A stretch of DNA of 27,487 bases from Planctomycetota bacterium (GTDB lineage Bacteria; Planctomycetota; UBA11346), in NCBI GenBank assembly GCA_038231435.1, contig JBBRLJ010000057.1:1-27487 (forward strand), read 5' to 3'. Position numbers and translations under genes: made by a program. Under the pieces are notes generated by a model. That model was not told the DNA's origin, did no database searches, and saw nothing but the letters and a program-made list of their open reading frames with translations. Position 1 is the stretch's first letter. Every line of letters begins with the position of its first letter. Positions 26,628 through 27,487 of this stretch are shown here, piece by piece.

Positions 26628-27185
26628 TCAAGGTGCTGCCAACATCCCGGCGATCACCCGCGGATACAGCTCGCGCTCGGCCTCCTGGACGCGTCGCTGG
26701 AGCGTCTCGGCGGTATCGTCCGCGAGCACGGGCACCTCGGTCCGACCGAGCACCGGCCCACTATCGTAGTCGCCGGTGACCAGGTGGACGGTGCAACCGC
26801 TGCGTCCGACCCCCGCGGCGAGCACCGCCTGATGGACGCGCAAACCGTACATGCCCTTGCCCCCGAAGTCGGGCAGCAAGCTCGGATGGATGTTGACCGT
26901 CTTGCCGACGAAGTCGGCGGGCGGATCCCAGAAGCGCAGCCAGCCGCACATCGCCACCCACTGCGCGCCATGCGCTCGCAGCGAGGCCGTCACCTCGTCT
27001 TGGGCAGACGCCACCACCACCGGATGCCCATGGGCCCGCGCCAAGGCGATGCCGCCAGCATCGGCGCGCGACGCCACCACCACCGCGACCTCGGCGTAGA
27101 GCGACCCAGCCGCGATCGCCCGCGCGAGGTTGTCGTAGGTCGTGCCCGAGCCCGACAACAAGATGCCCAATCGCGCCGTGGCCAT
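26628..27185 (-). CDS. purN: Phosphoribosylglycinamide formyltransferase
   Basis: LSGSGTT, NIHPSLLPDFGGKGMYG, GCTVHLV, YDSGP. Confidence 0.95.
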   Translation of the reverse strand: MATARLGILLSGSGTTYDNLARAIAAGSLYAEVAVVVASRADAGGIALARAHGHPVVVASAQDEVTASLRAHGAQWVAMCGWLRFWDPPADFVGKTVNIHPSLLPDFGGKGMYGLRVHQAVLAAGVGRSGCTVHLVTGDYDSGPVLGRTEVPVLADDTAETLQRRVQEAERELYPRVIAGMLAAP

Positions 27186-27279
27186 GATGCGCGGAGTGTA
27201 CGCCCCCCACCGAAAACGGCCCGCCAGAAAACCTCCCGGCCAAGTCGAAGACGGAGACCGCCTACCGACAACCGGAAGC

Positions 27280-27480
27280 ACTAGGACTCGGCGGCCAAGC
27301 GGCTGTGCCGCCTCATGGGACGGGGGCCCCATCGCCCCGCGATGGGGCGGGCGCCGAGGGGCGGTCGGCGGATACAATCGGCGTAGCCGATCCGCCGACG
27401 ATGTCGCAGCGAAGCGGAGACATCGAGCCCCGACAAAGCCCGTGGGGTAGGCCGCAAGGCCGTAGGGGCGAAGCCCCTGA
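27280..27480. repeat. Palindromic repeat family A, right copy (inverted relative to 1-191)
   Basis: Reverse complement of 1-191, ending in GTAG-GCC-GCAA-GGC-C-GTAG-GGGC-GAA-GCCCC. Confidence 0.93.
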
Positions 27481-27487
27481 AAAAAAA

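Noticed and set aside
1..27487. Whole window as a transposon or linear replicon with terminal inverted repeats
   Set aside because: The cargo is housekeeping genes with no transposase, replicase or phage gene, and a fragment of the same repeat occurs internally at 16574.

Overview
High-GC bacterial chromosomal segment, mostly housekeeping genes. A Planctomycetota/PVC origin is an inference from gene content only. Gene order: PilS-like kinase and pilC (-), rlmI (+), ferredoxin, LpxH-like phosphoesterase, S4 protein and PfkB kinase (-), HEAT-repeat protein, Gfo/Idh/MocA oxidoreductase, TIM-barrel sugar isomerase and AraC (+), a low-GC SMI1/KNR4 gene flanked by a duplicated 5' end of a MazG-like pyrophosphatase gene, a PhyH/AraC divergent pair, pth, TlpA-TPR protein, rluD, a 1438-aa GH13+GH133 glycogen debranching enzyme with a NusG paralog, cysH, ECF sigma factor, a tandem FabZ-like protein and purN. 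No rRNA, tRNA, CRISPR, integrase or transposase gene was recognised. The most notable signals are: (1) several families of intergenic palindromic repeats built from GNA-triloop hairpins, whose copies often differ at the loop N, including inverted ~190-bp copies at both window ends and two four-way junctions; (2) an 888-bp integration-like scar carrying an orphan immunity gene; (3) a fused FabZ pseudo-dimer with the catalytic His and Glu split between its two domains. All protein calls come from motif recognition by eye; no database search was run.
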